NCBI GenBank assembly: GCA_963848805.1
Contig: CAWKFD010000030.1
Location: 14,796 to 78,795 of the forward strand
Length of the DNA: 64,000 bases
Direction: 5' to 3'
Source: an uncultured Acidobacteriaceae bacterium
GTDB lineage: Bacteria > Acidobacteriota > Terriglobia > Terriglobales > Acidobacteriaceae
A program made the translations under genes and the position numbers. Positions 62,676 to 64,000 of this stretch are shown here, one piece after another (the stretch's first letter is position 1; the number at the start of each line of letters is the position of its first letter). The notes under the pieces were generated by a model that saw only the letters and a program-made list of their open reading frames with translations, made no database searches and was not told the origin of the DNA.

Positions 62676-63752
62676 ATGGCGCGCAACGCGGCGCGGTTGA
62701 AGATGGGCTATTACCCGCTTCCTGTAAGCGAGGCCGCGCGGCTTCGCGGATTGCTCAACTTTACCGGCCCGGCGTCGGTCGTCGATCCCTGCGTTGGGCA
62801 AGGAACGGCGCTCGAAATCATCACGCAGGGCGCGGAGGTACGCCGTTACGGCGTCGAACTTGATGCCGAGCGGGCGCTGATTGCTCAAGCAAAGAGCATC
62901 GAGATCATCCAAGGCAACGCCTTCGATGCCGTCGCCAAACCGGAGTCCTTTTCGCTGCTCTATCTGAATCCGCCCTACGACTCCGAGATCGGCCAGGTAG
63001 CGAACAATCGCATGGAGCGGTTGTTTCTCGATCAGACCTATCACTGGCTCGCGATGGACGGCGTGCTGGCGATGGTGATTCCCTTCGAGCGGTTGATGGA
63101 CTGCGCAGGCCTGCTGAGTTCCCACTTCGCACAACTCAATGTCTTCCGTATGACCGACGAGGAATCCGTGCGCTTCCGGCAGATCGCCGTACTCGGCGTG
63201 CGCTCGAACGTGCGCGGAGCAGCGGTCGATGCGAACAAGCGTCTGTTGCAGCGCATCAGCCTCTACGGCAGCTTTCTGGAGTTGCCGGAACTCGCGCCCG
63301 ATGCCTGCGAGCCATATCGTGTGCCACGCACAAGCGAAACGGCTCTCAGCTACCGTGGTCTCCCCTACGACCTGCTCGAAGACCTGTTGCCGCACTCCGG
63401 CGCCTGGAAGCAGGTCATGCCGTTTCTCGCTCCGCACGAAGACGTGGCTACCGGGCGGCCGATCACCCCTCTGCATGGAGGCCATGTCGGGCTGCTCTGC
63501 ACCGCGGGCCTATTGAATGGTGTCTTCGGCCAGGGTGACGACCGGCACATTGCACGCTGGCGATCGGTCAAGCACGTCACCACCTTTGTCGAGCACGACG
63601 AGGAAAACGAGATTGTCCATCACCGTGAGCGATGGGCCAACGAATTGCGGCTGGTCTACGCCGATGGGAGGACGCTGAAGCTGACTGAAACGCCGATCCG
63701 GCAGGAGGAAGATGCCGATGCAGAATGCGCACCTGCGGCTCGGGCTGCTTGA
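62676..63752 (+). CDS. DUF6094-type SAM-dependent (amino-DNA) methyltransferase
   Basis: MGYYP, VVDPCVGQG (motif I), YGVELD, LYLNPPYD (motif IV), PITPLHGGH. Confidence 0.8.
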   Translation: MARNAARLKMGYYPLPVSEAARLRGLLNFTGPASVVDPCVGQGTALEIITQGAEVRRYGVELDAERALIAQAKSIEIIQGNAFDAVAKPESFSLLYLNPPYDSEIGQVANNRMERLFLDQTYHWLAMDGVLAMVIPFERLMDCAGLLSSHFAQLNVFRMTDEESVRFRQIAVLGVRSNVRGAAVDANKRLLQRISLYGSFLELPELAPDACEPYRVPRTSETALSYRGLPYDLLEDLLPHSGAWKQVMPFLAPHEDVATGRPITPLHGGHVGLLCTAGLLNGVFGQGDDRHIARWRSVKHVTTFVEHDEENEIVHHRERWANELRLVYADGRTLKLTETPIRQEEDADAECAPAARAA

Positions 63753-64000
63753 GTACCACCGCATCACGGAAAAGACGTCAACCAGGATTCGGGTAAGGGT
63801 TTCCTCCTATATAGGAGAGGATGAACAGGCGCATCTGATCGGCGTCTTCGGAAACGACTCCGACATCGGCGCGATCAAAGCGGCTGTTCACGAGAAGACG
63901 CACTTTACGCTGACCTTTCCCGATGGAGCAATCAAGGAGATTACGCTCGGCGAGCATGCTTCCTGCTATCGAGGTTCGGTGAGTTTGCCGGGCCGGAAGC
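63718..64000 (+). CDS. Hypothetical element protein, runs off the right window edge
   Basis: AGGAGG RBS; open frame MQNAHLRLGLLEYHR...HLIGVFGNDSDIGAIKAAV...GSVSLPGRK to the edge. Confidence 0.65.
   Translation, partial: MQNAHLRLGLLEYHRITEKTSTRIRVRVSSYIGEDEQAHLIGVFGNDSDIGAIKAAVHEKTHFTLTFPDGAIKEITLGEHASCYRGSVSLPGRK

Noticed and set aside
62433-63485. 350-aa minus-strand ORF
   Set aside because: Mostly antisense to the DUF6094 methyltransferase; only the last 55 aa look like a real gene.

Overview
GC-rich bacterial chromosomal window. The gene set and the dispersed palindromic repeat families suggest Acidobacteriota (Terracidiphilus-like); this is inference only. 1-52.9 kb is core genome: lysA (partial), a PfkB kinase, a YccA/BI-1 protein, an exopolysaccharide locus (GT4, DUF2334 deacetylase-like, MurJ-like flippase, Wzy/O-antigen ligase-like, an apparent co-polymerase-OPX export fusion, an epimerase) with an embedded orphan HigA, mazG-GNAT-OSBS/NSAR, prepilin peptidase, dnaX-ybaB-recR, a secreted ankyrin protein, kdpFABC with divergent kdpE/kdpD, gallate dioxygenase, ampG, ppk2, adjacent xerD-xerC, argJ, the hut pathway with FTCD, tRNA-Arg(TCT) and tRNA-Asn(GTT). 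From the 3' end of tRNA-Asn (52.9 kb) to the window end lies an integrative element: tyrosine integrase, excisionase, AEP primase, SSB, Rad52-like annealase and DUF6094 methyltransferase, interrupted by toxin-antitoxin/defence cassettes (AbiE-like wHTH + nucleotidyltransferase pair, orphan Xre antitoxin, HipBA). The first ~21 kb carries many +1 frameshifts, even in dnaX, which look like sequencing errors. The best candidates for undescribed biology are the PCP-OPX fusion, the autoregulated wHTH-nucleotidyltransferase pair, a structured 5' leader plus an extra small peptide ahead of kdpF, and a palindromic repeat inserted in-frame in XerD.
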